A stretch of 64,000 bases of DNA from an uncultured Methylomirabilota bacterium (GTDB lineage: Bacteria > Methylomirabilota > Methylomirabilia > Methylomirabilales > 2-02-FULL-66-22), in contig OY970067.1 in the NCBI GenBank assembly GCA_963705305.1, forward strand, positions 5,408,001 through 5,472,000, given 5' to 3'. Under the pieces are notes generated by a model. The model did not search any database, was not told the origin of the DNA, and saw only the letters and a program-made list of their open reading frames with translations. A program made the translations under genes and the position numbers. This document shows, one piece after another, positions 49,300 to 58,927 of the stretch; the stretch's first letter is position 1, and each line of letters opens with the position of its first letter.

Positions 49300-49959
49300 A
49301 TGAACGCGTTTCAGCGTCTCGTGCGCGCTGCGGTCATCGGGGCCCTGCGGGATACGTCCCGGGCCCCGACGGCCGCGGCGCTCGCCACCGCGCTCGGGGC
49401 GACCGAGGGGGATGTCTCGGCGGCATTGCGGGCCCTGGCGGCCGGGCATCGCCTGGTCCTGACCCCGGGGACCGATACGGTGTGGATGGCGCATCCGTTC
49501 TCGGGCATCCGGACGGACTTCCGCGTGGAAATCGGCACTCGCCGCTGGTTCGCGAACTGCGTGTGGGATGGGCTGTCGATCCTGGCCCTGCTGGGTGACG
49601 GCACGCTCGACACGCACTCGCCGGCTACCGGGGACGCCATCCGCTTCGCGGCGGCCGCCGGCCGGGTCTCCGGCGAGGCGCTCGTCCATTTCCTGGTACC
49701 GGCCCGGCGCTTCTGGGACGACATTGGGTTCACCTGAGCCAACATCACCGCCTTCCGGTCGGAGGGCGAGCTGGATGCCTGGCTGCGGGCCGGAGGGTAC
49801 CAGAAGGGCGCGATCGTAACCCCGCAGGCCCTCTACGAGCTGGGAGCGGAATGGTACGCGACGCGGCTCGACGTGGACTGGGAGCCGGCGAGCGCGACCG
49901 AGGCCACGGCGCTATTCGGCCGCCACGGCCTGACGGGACCCTTCTGGACGCTCGCGTAG
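49300..49959 (+). CDS. MerB (organomercurial lyase)-like selenoprotein, Sec UGA at 49735-49737
   Basis: WMAHPFS, ANC.WD, WDDIGFT-UGA-ANI..FRSE; the frame continues to GLTGPFW; SECIS-like hairpin 49750-49767. Confidence 0.8.
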
Positions 49960-49972
49960 GCAGGGTGCCACC

Positions 49973-51022
49973 ATGCGGCGACTCGGGGAGATGTCCGCCC
50001 TCCAGAGCTGCCTTTCCCAATGGCGCGCGCGGTCCGGAGCTCCAGGTGTCTCGGCGGCCGTGCGGCTGAACGGCCGCCCGCACTGGACAAGCTCGGATTC
50101 GGGGGACGGCGTCCTCGCGGGGGGCGCCCGGTTCCCCATCTACAGCATCACCAAGACCCTGACCGCCATCTGCGTCCTGCATCTCTGGGAGACCGGGCCG
50201 CTGGAGATCGCCGATCCCGTCCGAAAGTGGCTTCCCGATGTTCGCATCCCGCACGACATCACCCTGGTCCATTTGATGCGCCATACCAGCGGATTGGGCG
50301 ACTACGGCCCCCTTCCCGAATATCACCAGGCGCTGCGTTCGCAGCCGGGCGTGCCGTGGAGCCGTCAGTAGTTCCTCGATGCGGTCCTCGCGCAGGGCAG
50401 GCTCTTCCCGCCCGGCGGCGGGTGGGCCTACTCGAACGTCGGGTACCTGCTGCTCGTTCAGGTGCTGGAGCGCGCAACGGGCAGGCCCTTTGCGGACATC
50501 TTGAGGGAAATCGTATTCGCCCCCTTGGACCTGCACCACACGTTTCTTCTCGAAGGAATCTCGGATTGGTCGACCTGCGTTCCGGGATACGGGTCCGAGG
50601 TCGACAGGGACGGCCGGGTGGTCGATGTCCGCAGCGTCTACCATCCGGGCTGGTGTGCCCCGGGCGTCGCGGCGTCCAACGCGGAGGAGACCGCACAGGT
50701 GTTCGACGCCCTGTTCGCGGGGAGCGTTCTGAAGCCGGCCACCCTGCAGGAGATGCTCACGGTCGTGCTCGCTCCCGGCGTGCATCCGCCGGGGACGTCC
50801 CCGGCCTACGGCATGGGCATCATGTCGGACCGCAGTTCTCCGCATGGGGCGCAGTACGGCCACGGGGGAAACGGGCCCGGATTCGATCTGCGGGTGGCGG
50901 TGTTGCCGGAGACGCCACTCGGCCGAGTCTCGGTGGCCGCATTCGTGAACACCAGTGGCGGCCCGAGGGCCAAAGATGCCGAGGCGGCGCTCCGCGCAGC
51001 CCTGTTCGAGGGGGCCGGATGA
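49973..51022 (+). pseudogene. Serine hydrolase / beta-lactamase-like protein with in-frame TAG at 50369-50371
   Basis: SITK, HTSGL, YSN and HGG motifs all in one frame across the TAG. Confidence 0.8.
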
Positions 51023-51069
51023 CAAAGACGCGCGGCCGACGACAGCGGCACAACGCGGGGAGGCACGTG

Positions 51070-51293
51070 GATATGGCTTGCATGACGGCCCCCTTGACGA
51101 AGAGCGCGCTCTTGCAAGCGCGGTCAACATGACGGACCCGCGTGGCGTGTATCCGCTTCGCGCGGCCACCGAATTCGGTCAGGCAGGGGTTGCAGGAATC
51201 CTCCTGGGACTTGGGGCGGATGCGTCGCCCGACGGCGAGATATTTCCGACATGGGGCCGACTGCCGAGCCACCCGACTCCGGCTTCCAGCTGA
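51070..51293 (+). pseudogene. Ankyrin-repeat fragment
   Basis: VN..D.RG.YPL..A..FG...VA.ILL..GAD, a single repeat. Confidence 0.45.
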
Positions 51294-51453
51294 CGACGCC
51301 CTCGCTTTGCCCAGGCTATCGTAGCCGAAACCTGGTACAATGCGTTCGCGCTCGCTCGGAGCGTAGGGGCCGTTCCATCACGGCGCCGCCCGCTCGGCCC
51401 CCGATCGTTGGCCGCCTGGGCATCCAAACGGAAGCGAGGCAGAGAGGTTCTGA

Positions 51454-52224
51454 ATGGGGCCCAATCTGAGGATCGGGATCATTGGCGATTTCGACCCATC
51501 ATCTGTCCCTCACACGGCGACGAATGCCTCTCTTGACCACGCGGCCTCCTCTCTGGGCCTGTCCCTTGATGTCTCGTGGGTGCCGACGCCCAGCCTGGCG
51601 GACAGGCCGGCGTCCACCCTCGCGGCATTCGACGGCCTCTGGTGCTCGCCCGCCAGCCCGTACAGGAGCATGGACGGCGCGCTCGCGGGAATCCGATTCG
51701 CCCGGGAGCACGGGTGGCCCTATTTCGCCACCTGAGGCGGGTTCCAACATACTCTGGTAGAGTATGCCCGCAATGTTCTCGGCATGGAGGAAGCGGACCA
51801 CGAGGAATCGTCGCCCCAGGCGGCCACGTTGCTGATCAGCCGATTGGAGTGCTCCATCGCCGGGCAGGCCCAGACCGTTCGACTGGCGCCCGGCACCATA
51901 ACCGGACGGGCCTACGGGCGGACGGAGTCCCGGGAGGAGTTCCGGTGCAACTTCGGCCTGAACCCGAATTACCGGGAGCAGGTTTTGAGCGCGCCCCTCC
52001 GGGTTGTCGGCGTCGATGCCGCCGACGAGGTGCGGGCCGTCGAGCTGGACCGCCATCCGTTTTTCGTGGCCACGCTGTACTTGCCGCAGCTCTCGTCGAC
52101 GCCCGCAGCGCCCCACACGCTGGTGGTGGCCTTCCTGCGGGCCGCCGGTGCTTTTCGCGACGCACGGGACGGCCGCCGGCCCATCGAGCATCCCGGCGCG
52201 GCGCCAGAGCGGGCCGGTGGGTAG
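51454..52224 (+). CDS. CTP synthase C-terminal (GATase)-like selenoprotein, Sec UGA at 51733-51735
   Basis: PASPYRSMDGAL, PYFAT-UGA-GGFQH at the nucleophile position, EYARNV, HPFFVATLY.PQ; SECIS-like hairpin 51748-51766. Confidence 0.85.
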
Positions 52225-52341
52225 GCGGCTCTGCACTGCGCGCTCACCGGGCGCTCCACTCCGCCCGGCCTGGGGGGTTCGGCCGTGCGCAAGTGTTGTC
52301 CGGATGCATCCCTGGGGCACTGGCCGAGACGCCGGATACGC

Positions 52342-53061
52342 ATGACGCAACCGATGCTCGCCTTGCTGCCATTATTCCTTGTTCCCGCACTGTGCGCCTG
52401 CACCGCGAGGAACGTGGCCGCCCCGGCTGCGTTCCAGGGGCCGGCCCAGACGGTGTACCTCCCCGCCGCCGGCCGGGGGCCGATCGTCGTGGTGATCTCC
52501 GGCCACTCGGGGCCACACCTGTATCAAGACTTCAGCGCCAACGTGGCCCAGCTCGGCTACCTCACCGTCCTCATCAACGGCAACGACATCCTCAGCCGGC
52601 ACCAGGACGGCGCCCTGAATCTCCGGACGGTGATCGCCCGCGCCCAGGCCTCGCCCCACGCCGTGCCCGGCAAAGCCGCCGTGATCGGTCTCTCCCAGGG
52701 CGGGGGCGGCGCGCTGGCCCATGCCGCCGCCATGCCCGAGCTTGTGTCGGCCGTCATCGCGTACTACCCGCAGACCAATTGGTGGAGCGACATGCGGCTG
52801 CTGGCAGAACGCTTCCGGGTTCCCGTCCTCGTGCTGGCCGGCGTCCGCGACCGATACCACAACTGCTGCCTGATCGAATCGATGCGCCGGCTCGAAGCGG
52901 CGGCCCGAGAGCGCCAGGTGCCGTTCCAACTCGTCGAATACCCCCACGCAGGCCACGGCTTCAACCTGGCGGTGTCTGGCTATCGGAGCGAGGACGCCGC
53001 GGACGCGTGGCGCCGAACGACCGAGATGCTCGCCCGGTACCAGCCGCTGGGTGAGGGGTAA
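52342..53061 (+). CDS. Dienelactone hydrolase family lipoprotein
   Basis: GLSQGG nucleophile elbow, YPHAGHGF, DAWRRT. Confidence 0.85.
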   Translation: MTQPMLALLPLFLVPALCACTARNVAAPAAFQGPAQTVYLPAAGRGPIVVVISGHSGPHLYQDFSANVAQLGYLTVLINGNDILSRHQDGALNLRTVIARAQASPHAVPGKAAVIGLSQGGGGALAHAAAMPELVSAVIAYYPQTNWWSDMRLLAERFRVPVLVLAGVRDRYHNCCLIESMRRLEAAARERQVPFQLVEYPHAGHGFNLAVSGYRSEDAADAWRRTTEMLARYQPLGEG

Positions 53062-53242
53062 GCTCCTCGTGGCCGACGCAGACTTGAAATTCTTGCCCCT
53101 TCAGGCCGGGGCGCGGAGGGCGCCTTCCACTCCAGGCAGTCGCACTCGGGCCTCCCACCGCCGGCGGCCCGCGCCATTGCCGTCCGCCGGCACGGTTGCG
53201 CCGCGTGAAGACCGAGTGGCGGTTGGTCAAGGGAGACACCCC

Positions 53243-53302
53243 GTGCAGTTCCTCCTGATCATCTGCCACGATGACGCCTTTTGGAACGAACTGGCCGGCT
53301 GA
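53243..53302 (+). pseudogene. Internally deleted yciI homolog (19 codons)
   Basis: RBS plus VQFLLIICHDDAF fused in frame to WNELAG*, i.e. both ends of the gene at 46680-47018. Confidence 0.8.
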
Positions 53303-53408
53303 CGGAGCATGTGGCGGCTTCGGCCGATACCCGTTGTGCGATTCGGTGCATTCCCGGACGCGCGCGATGGGCCCGCACGCCGGCGAATTCACAAGGCGGG
53401 CCGAAACA

Positions 53409-53756
53409 TTGAGCGTCATCCCTGCATTCGCTAAGACACCCAAGCCACCGTACTACGCTGTGATCTTTTCCTCGCAGCGCACCGAAGGTGACAACGGGTA
53501 CGCCAAGATGGCCGGACGAATGGTTGAACTCGCAGCCCGCCAGCCCGGCTTTCTCGGCGTTGAAAGCGTCAGAGGAGCCGATGGCTTCGGCATCACGGTC
53601 TCATACTGGGCATCCGTCGAGGCCATCGCCCACTGGAAGGCCGATGTCGAACACCTCGCCGCCCAGGAGATGGGGAGGCGGGCGTGGTATGCGCACTACG
53701 AGCTCCGGGTGGCAAAGGTGGAGCGCGCATACGCCAAGCCGCCGGCCGAACCATGA
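53409..53756 (+). CDS. Antibiotic biosynthesis monooxygenase family protein
   Basis: PPYYAVIFSS, QPGFLGVES, GITVSYW, H..AQ..G...WY. Confidence 0.88.
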   Translation: MSVIPAFAKTPKPPYYAVIFSSQRTEGDNGYAKMAGRMVELAARQPGFLGVESVRGADGFGITVSYWASVEAIAHWKADVEHLAAQEMGRRAWYAHYELRVAKVERAYAKPPAEP

Positions 53757-53963
53757 ATGTCGGCCGCCTGCCGTCGCGTGTTTGAAAGCCGTTCCCGCCG
53801 ATGGTAGTGTCCTGCCGCCAACCGGCTGCGGCACCGCCGTACGCTCTTCCGCGCGGGGCCAGGCGGCCGCCGGGCGGCTGTTTCGGAATAGTGCCCGTCG
53901 GATGAACGGTCCGTGGCGATGCGTGCGCCCATCTGTGCGGGAGAGGACTGCGGGGACGGGATC

Positions 53964-54758
53964 ATGCCGACGGAACAGGACCTGGCGCGCGCCTACGCAC
54001 TCCTCGAGGAGGATCCCCTTCGAAACGTAGTGACTCTCAAGATGCTCAATAGCCACTCGCAGGACATGAGCATTCGTCTCTTACAGGAGGGGCACGACTG
54101 GGCCCTGCTGTCGCTCCTCCCGGTTTCCGTTTCCGAGTGGGATCGCAAGACCTATCCGGATGCCAACCTCGCAGTTTTCATCGATGGGAGCAACACCGAG
54201 CTCATGGGCATCCTCTTCGACACCATTCCAAAGACAACGGTTGTGATAAAGACGGGCGACGGCTTCCTCAAACAGCGAATCGCCCGACAGCCGCACGCAA
54301 CCAGGACGACGGCGTACCTCTCCTTCACGACAGAACGCACATCTGGGAGTCGGATCCCGCATCCTGCGGTACGGCAGTCCGATGCGTACGATGAACGCGC
54401 GTGGCAGCTTTTCTTGAGGAACGGATACGGGCCGGACGAGTTGAGCCGCCATTTCCAGAATGGGGCCCGGTGGTTCAGCATCGATCGGGGCGGATCCCGG
54501 GTCGCGGTGTGCCTTGTCTTCCAGAACTACAAGCAGATCTGGGAAATAGCCGGCGTTCATACAGAGCCGGAGTTCCGAGGGCAAGGCCTTGCGCGAAGCG
54601 TCGTCTTGTCCGCCCTCGCGTATCTCGAGGTGAGAGGCCTCGTTCCGAGATATCAAGCCAGATGGAACAATCACGGTTCGATCCGTCTCGCCGAATCGTG
54701 CGGCCTTTCCGAGTTCCTCCGGGTCGACCATTTCCTCCTGCGCCCGGCTGAGCCCTAG
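53964..54758 (+). CDS. GNAT family N-acetyltransferase
   Basis: V.T.PEFRGQGLA, N..S.RLAE.CG. Confidence 0.82.
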   Translation: MPTEQDLARAYALLEEDPLRNVVTLKMLNSHSQDMSIRLLQEGHDWALLSLLPVSVSEWDRKTYPDANLAVFIDGSNTELMGILFDTIPKTTVVIKTGDGFLKQRIARQPHATRTTAYLSFTTERTSGSRIPHPAVRQSDAYDERAWQLFLRNGYGPDELSRHFQNGARWFSIDRGGSRVAVCLVFQNYKQIWEIAGVHTEPEFRGQGLARSVVLSALAYLEVRGLVPRYQARWNNHGSIRLAESCGLSEFLRVDHFLLRPAEP

Positions 54759-54773
54759 GCGGCACTCTCACCG

Positions 54774-55893
54774 CTAGGGGACGTAGTAGACTTAATAGAC
54801 TTATTCCGTTGACCCGGCCTTCGCCATCAGTTACGCTCCACTGATGCCGCGCGGCCCACGCTTGGATGCCCCTGGGGCCCTGCACCACGTGATGGCCCGG
54901 GGAATCGAGAAAACACTGCTCTTCCGGACCGACGAGGACCGGCGCGACTTTGTCCATCGGTTGGCCGCACAGGTGGAGGCTGGAGGCGCGCACTTGCTCG
55001 CCTGGGCCCTGCTCCCCACCCACTTCCACCTCCTCCTGCGAACGGGTCCTCGCCCACTGGCCGCCCTGATGCGCCGCTTGCTTACCGGCTATGCGGCGGC
55101 CTTCAACCGGCGCCACCATCGTCATGGCCACCTGTTCCAGAATCGCTACCGATCAATCGTCGTGGAGGAGGAGCCGTACCTCCTCGAACTGGTCCGCTAC
55201 CTCCACCTCAATCCTCTGCGGGCAATGTGTGTACCCGACCTGCCTGCCCTTGAGCGCTACCCTTGGAGCGGCCACAGCGCCCTCCTTGGACGGGTCACCC
55301 GCCCCTGGCAGGCGATTGAAGAGGTCCTGAGATACTTTGGCCCAACCCCGCGTACCGCGCAGCAACGCTACGCCCAGTTCGTCGCATCGGGTGTCGCCCG
55401 GGGGCGCCGCCCCGAACTGCAGGGGGGCGGCCTCCGCCGGAGCGCCGGCGGCTGGACTGCCCTTGCAGCTCTGCGTCGTGGTCGGGAGCTTTGGAGCTTC
55501 GACGAGCGGGTCCTCGGCACCGGCCCCTTCGTGGAGCACCTCCTCACGGAAGCTGGCCGAGCCATCCAGGTCCCTTCGGCGACTGCCGCTTGGCAGGCGC
55601 TGCCACGCATCACTCAACGCGTTGCAGCCGTTTTTCAGGTCGCCGTGGGCGAACTCACCGGTGGGAGCCGCCGCCGAGAGGTGGCCAACGCACGCGCCGC
55701 GGCCGGGGCCGTGGCGGTCAGGCACCTCGGCCTGCCCGTCTCCCGGGTGGCCGCGGCTTTCGGGGTCACCAGCATGGCAATCCTCCGCGGTATCGACCGC
55801 GGTTTGGCCGCCCTTCAGGAACACGGCGTTGGTCTGGATCAGCTGGTAAAGGAAGGGCTACAATAAGTCTATTAAGTCTACTACGTCCCCTAG
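54774..55893 (+). mobile_element. RAYT-like HUH transposase element 3 with perfect 32-bp TIRs
   Basis: CTAGGGGACGTAGTAGACTTAATAGACTTATT (54774-54805) and its exact reverse complement at 55862-55893. Confidence 0.85.
54844..55866 (+). CDS. REP-associated tyrosine transposase-like protein with C-terminal HTH
   Basis: THFH, GHLFQNRYRS, RYLHLNP. Confidence 0.9.
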   Translation: MPRGPRLDAPGALHHVMARGIEKTLLFRTDEDRRDFVHRLAAQVEAGGAHLLAWALLPTHFHLLLRTGPRPLAALMRRLLTGYAAAFNRRHHRHGHLFQNRYRSIVVEEEPYLLELVRYLHLNPLRAMCVPDLPALERYPWSGHSALLGRVTRPWQAIEEVLRYFGPTPRTAQQRYAQFVASGVARGRRPELQGGGLRRSAGGWTALAALRRGRELWSFDERVLGTGPFVEHLLTEAGRAIQVPSATAAWQALPRITQRVAAVFQVAVGELTGGSRRREVANARAAAGAVAVRHLGLPVSRVAAAFGVTSMAILRGIDRGLAALQEHGVGLDQLVKEGLQ

Positions 55894-55917
55894 ACACTCC
55901 GAGAAAGGAGGGCTGCC

Positions 55918-56985
55918 ATGATCAAACCGTATACCGCCGTCGGGCTGATCCCAACCGTGCGGGGCATCCGCAAGCGCGCCGACATCAAGCGGAACCTCGA
56001 TCACCTTGCCCATTTGGTCAAGGCGGCGGCCTGGCTGTCCAGCTTGGATTTGCCGGTCCGCTTGATCGCTTTCCCCGAAGGTGCACTCCAGGCCTTCAAC
56101 GATGAGGTCCTCGACCTGGACCACGTGCAATTTGCGCGCGAGTGCGCCGTCGACATCCCTGGGGAAGAGACCGAGGCGCTGGGTCGGATCGCAAGCATCT
56201 ACGATGCGTTTATCATGGCCCAAGCCAAGGCGCGGCATCCTGATCTCAAGGACCGCTTCTTCAATGTCGGGTTCATCCTCAACCCGAAAGGGGAGGTCAT
56301 TCTGAAGCATTACAAGGTGTCGCCGCTCTTCCCGGTTGAGCACTCCGTCTGCCCGCATGATGTCTACGACTGGTGGGTGGAAAAGTACGGCCGCACCCTT
56401 AACGCCTTCTGGCCGGTGGTGGATACAGAGATTGGCCGCCTGGGAATCATGATGGCGAACGAAGGCTCGTACCCCGAAAATGCGCGAGCGCTGGCCCTGA
56501 ACGGTGCAGAAGTGGTGTATCGGGCGTCCTATCCGCATCCGGCCACAGGCAACGAGATGTTCGAGATTCAAAGTCGGGCTCGCGCCCTAGACAACAACCT
56601 GTACATCGTGGCCCCGAACATGGGGACCTACTACCTCTTCCCTGAAGAGACCACGCCGATTGATACCTTCGGCGGGCGCTCCTTCATCATCAATTACAAG
56701 GGCCAGATTGTTGGCCGGCAGGACTACGGAGCCGGCTCAACCTACGTGGCCGGAGTGATTGACATCGAGGCGTTGCGCGATCACCGCGCCCGAGCGCAGT
56801 GGGACAACTACCTGAAGGACCTGCGCACGGAACTTTACCAGCTGCTTTACGAGCAGCCCATCTATCCGAAGAACCTGTATCTCGATCGGGAACCGATGAA
56901 GCACGCGGAGTATCGCGAGAAGGTCATTGCGCGCCAGATCCAATTGATGCACGAGCGCGGCATCTGGGTGAAGCCCGAGCGCTAG
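55918..56985 (+). CDS. Nitrilase-related carbon-nitrogen hydrolase (nucleophile position Ala)
   Basis: FPEG, HYK, DTEIGRLGIMMANE, ARALALNGAE. Confidence 0.85.
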   Translation: MIKPYTAVGLIPTVRGIRKRADIKRNLDHLAHLVKAAAWLSSLDLPVRLIAFPEGALQAFNDEVLDLDHVQFARECAVDIPGEETEALGRIASIYDAFIMAQAKARHPDLKDRFFNVGFILNPKGEVILKHYKVSPLFPVEHSVCPHDVYDWWVEKYGRTLNAFWPVVDTEIGRLGIMMANEGSYPENARALALNGAEVVYRASYPHPATGNEMFEIQSRARALDNNLYIVAPNMGTYYLFPEETTPIDTFGGRSFIINYKGQIVGRQDYGAGSTYVAGVIDIEALRDHRARAQWDNYLKDLRTELYQLLYEQPIYPKNLYLDREPMKHAEYREKVIARQIQLMHERGIWVKPER

Positions 56986-57107
56986 GCGGCTGGCGCTGCT
57001 TTTCATCAAGGCGCCAAGAATGCCAGGGCTACAATAAGCGCAGCGCCCAGCGACCGGAGCCGCGTCAAGGGGATGTCTCTTTTTCTGTGCTCTGGGCGGG
57101 GACCCCT

Positions 57108-57665
57108 ATGACCACCGTTTCCGGCTACTTCCTGACGACCGAGCGATTGGGATTCCGCTGGTGGGTCGAAAGCGACCTCGATCTGGCGCTGGGGCTCTGG
57201 GGCGACCCGGAGGTGACACGTTTGATCGTCGCCAGCGGAACCCTCTCGAACGAGCAAGTCCGTGAGCGCCTCCAGCACGAGATCGCCACCGCCCAGTCCC
57301 ACGGGATGCAGTACTGGCCGATCTTCCTCGTGGAAGACGGCGAGCATGTCGGCTGCTGTGGACTGCGGCCGTACGATCCTTCCAGGGGCATCCTCGAAGT
57401 GGGGGTTCATATCCGTTCGGGTCACTGGAACCGCGGGTATGCCCTGGAGGCGACGCGGGCGGTGATGGCGTACGCGTTCGATACGCTCTCCGCCGCCGCC
57501 CTCTTTGCCGGCCACAACCCCACCAACGTGGGCTCCCGCCGACTGTTGACCAAGCTGGGGTTTCGATACACCCACGACGAGTTTTACGAGCCCACTGGAC
57601 TGCATCATCCATCCTATCTTCTCACCGCCGAGGAATTCGCCCGGCTGGGGGACTGCCGGCAGTAA
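57108..57665 (+). CDS. RimJ/RimL-type GNAT acetyltransferase
   Basis: TERL.FR, EVG......WNRGYALEA, N..S.RLL.KLGF. Confidence 0.88.
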   Translation: MTTVSGYFLTTERLGFRWWVESDLDLALGLWGDPEVTRLIVASGTLSNEQVRERLQHEIATAQSHGMQYWPIFLVEDGEHVGCCGLRPYDPSRGILEVGVHIRSGHWNRGYALEATRAVMAYAFDTLSAAALFAGHNPTNVGSRRLLTKLGFRYTHDEFYEPTGLHHPSYLLTAEEFARLGDCRQ

Positions 57666-57863
57666 CGGATGCAGAGGCGCTGGGTGGAGCCGGCGGACCT
57701 GCCGGCGCCCTCTCCCGAAAACCCCCTTCTCCTTCCGCCTTAATGAAGTATGATTGAAGACGGTCTTCGTCCGGTACGGTAAACGCTTCGCCGGTCAAGG
57801 CTGAGGGTCCCATGTGCTGCGGCTCCGGCCTGCCCGGTAGTGTCTCGCGGAGGAATTCCGGGG

Positions 57864-58472
57864 ATGATGGATACCCGACCCGTCGGCCTCGAGGGCACGC
57901 ATGTCCGTCTCGTCCCGCTCACCCTGGATCACCACGCCGCGCTGTGCGAGGTTGGGCTGGATGAAGAGCTGTGGCGACTCACGACCTCCGCCGTGCGCAC
58001 GCCGGAGGACATGCGCCGGTACATCCAGGAGGCGCTGGATGTGCAGGCGCAGGGCAGCGCCCTTCCCTTCGCCATGCTGGACAGGCGTTCCGGGAAGGTC
58101 GCGGGCAGCACCCGCTATGCGAATATCGCGCGCGAACACCGCCGCCTGGAGATCGGCTGGACGTGGGTCGCCCGGCCGTGGCAGCGCACCGTGGTGAATA
58201 CCGAATCGAAATACCTGATGCTCACACACGCCTTCCAGGCGCTGGGCTGCATCCGGGTCGAGTTCAAGACCGACTCCCTCAACGAGACCTCTCGCCGTGC
58301 GCTCCTTCGCATCGGGGCCAAGGAAGAGGGCGTCTTCCGGAACCACATGGTCGTCCAGAGTGGGCGGTTTCGGCACTCCGTGTACTTCAGCATCATTCAC
58401 TCCGAGTGGCCGGAGGTGAAGGCCGGTCTGGAGGCGAAGATCGCCGGTTGCCCTCGGCCGCAGATCGCGTAG
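57864..58472 (+). CDS. RimJ/RimL-type GNAT family protein
   Basis: GSTRY, LEIGWTW, NTESKYLML, RVEFKTD, EG.FR.H. Confidence 0.9.
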   Translation: MMDTRPVGLEGTHVRLVPLTLDHHAALCEVGLDEELWRLTTSAVRTPEDMRRYIQEALDVQAQGSALPFAMLDRRSGKVAGSTRYANIAREHRRLEIGWTWVARPWQRTVVNTESKYLMLTHAFQALGCIRVEFKTDSLNETSRRALLRIGAKEEGVFRNHMVVQSGRFRHSVYFSIIHSEWPEVKAGLEAKIAGCPRPQIA

Positions 58473-58526
58473 CCCCGTCGGACTGCGGAACCCCGCAGGC
58501 TAGGTGTGAGCCGAGCAGGTTGTCGA

Positions 58527-58730
58527 ATGGATGCTTCAACGCTGTTTCTCGGATTGATCTTCGGTTCCGTTGGGGCTGGGTATTTCATCTATGGGAAGAG
58601 GCAGCAAAGGATCATGGCCCTGGTGTCGGGGATAATACTCTGCGCAATTCCCTACGTCGTATCGAGCGTAGCTGTGCTGACTATCGCGGGTCTTGTCGCT
58701 GCAGCACTGCCCTTCTTCATCAAAAGCTGA
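58527..58730 (+). CDS. Small membrane protein
   Basis: 67 aa, three hydrophobic segments, G.GYFIYGK.Q. Confidence 0.75.
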   Translation: MDASTLFLGLIFGSVGAGYFIYGKRQQRIMALVSGIILCAIPYVVSSVAVLTIAGLVAAALPFFIKS

Positions 58731-58927
58731 CGTTCCTGGGACTGCTCTGCAATGACCGCGCGCCGATCCGCCTGCGGGGGATCGGCTTGAAGGGACGGGG
58801 TGACCATGGGGACCGGTCAACGACGATTCGTTGCGCAATGCCTCATCATCCATCTTCCGCTCGCGAGCCCCCACCACCGTGTGTCCGTCAATTGCGCGCC
58901 GAGTGACATCTGTCCAGGAGGCCAGCC

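Noticed and set aside
50384..50398. Hairpin after the in-frame TAG as a recoding signal
   Set aside because: Only ~5 bp including a wobble in GC-rich sequence, with no GGU loop, and the TAG is not at a conserved Cys.
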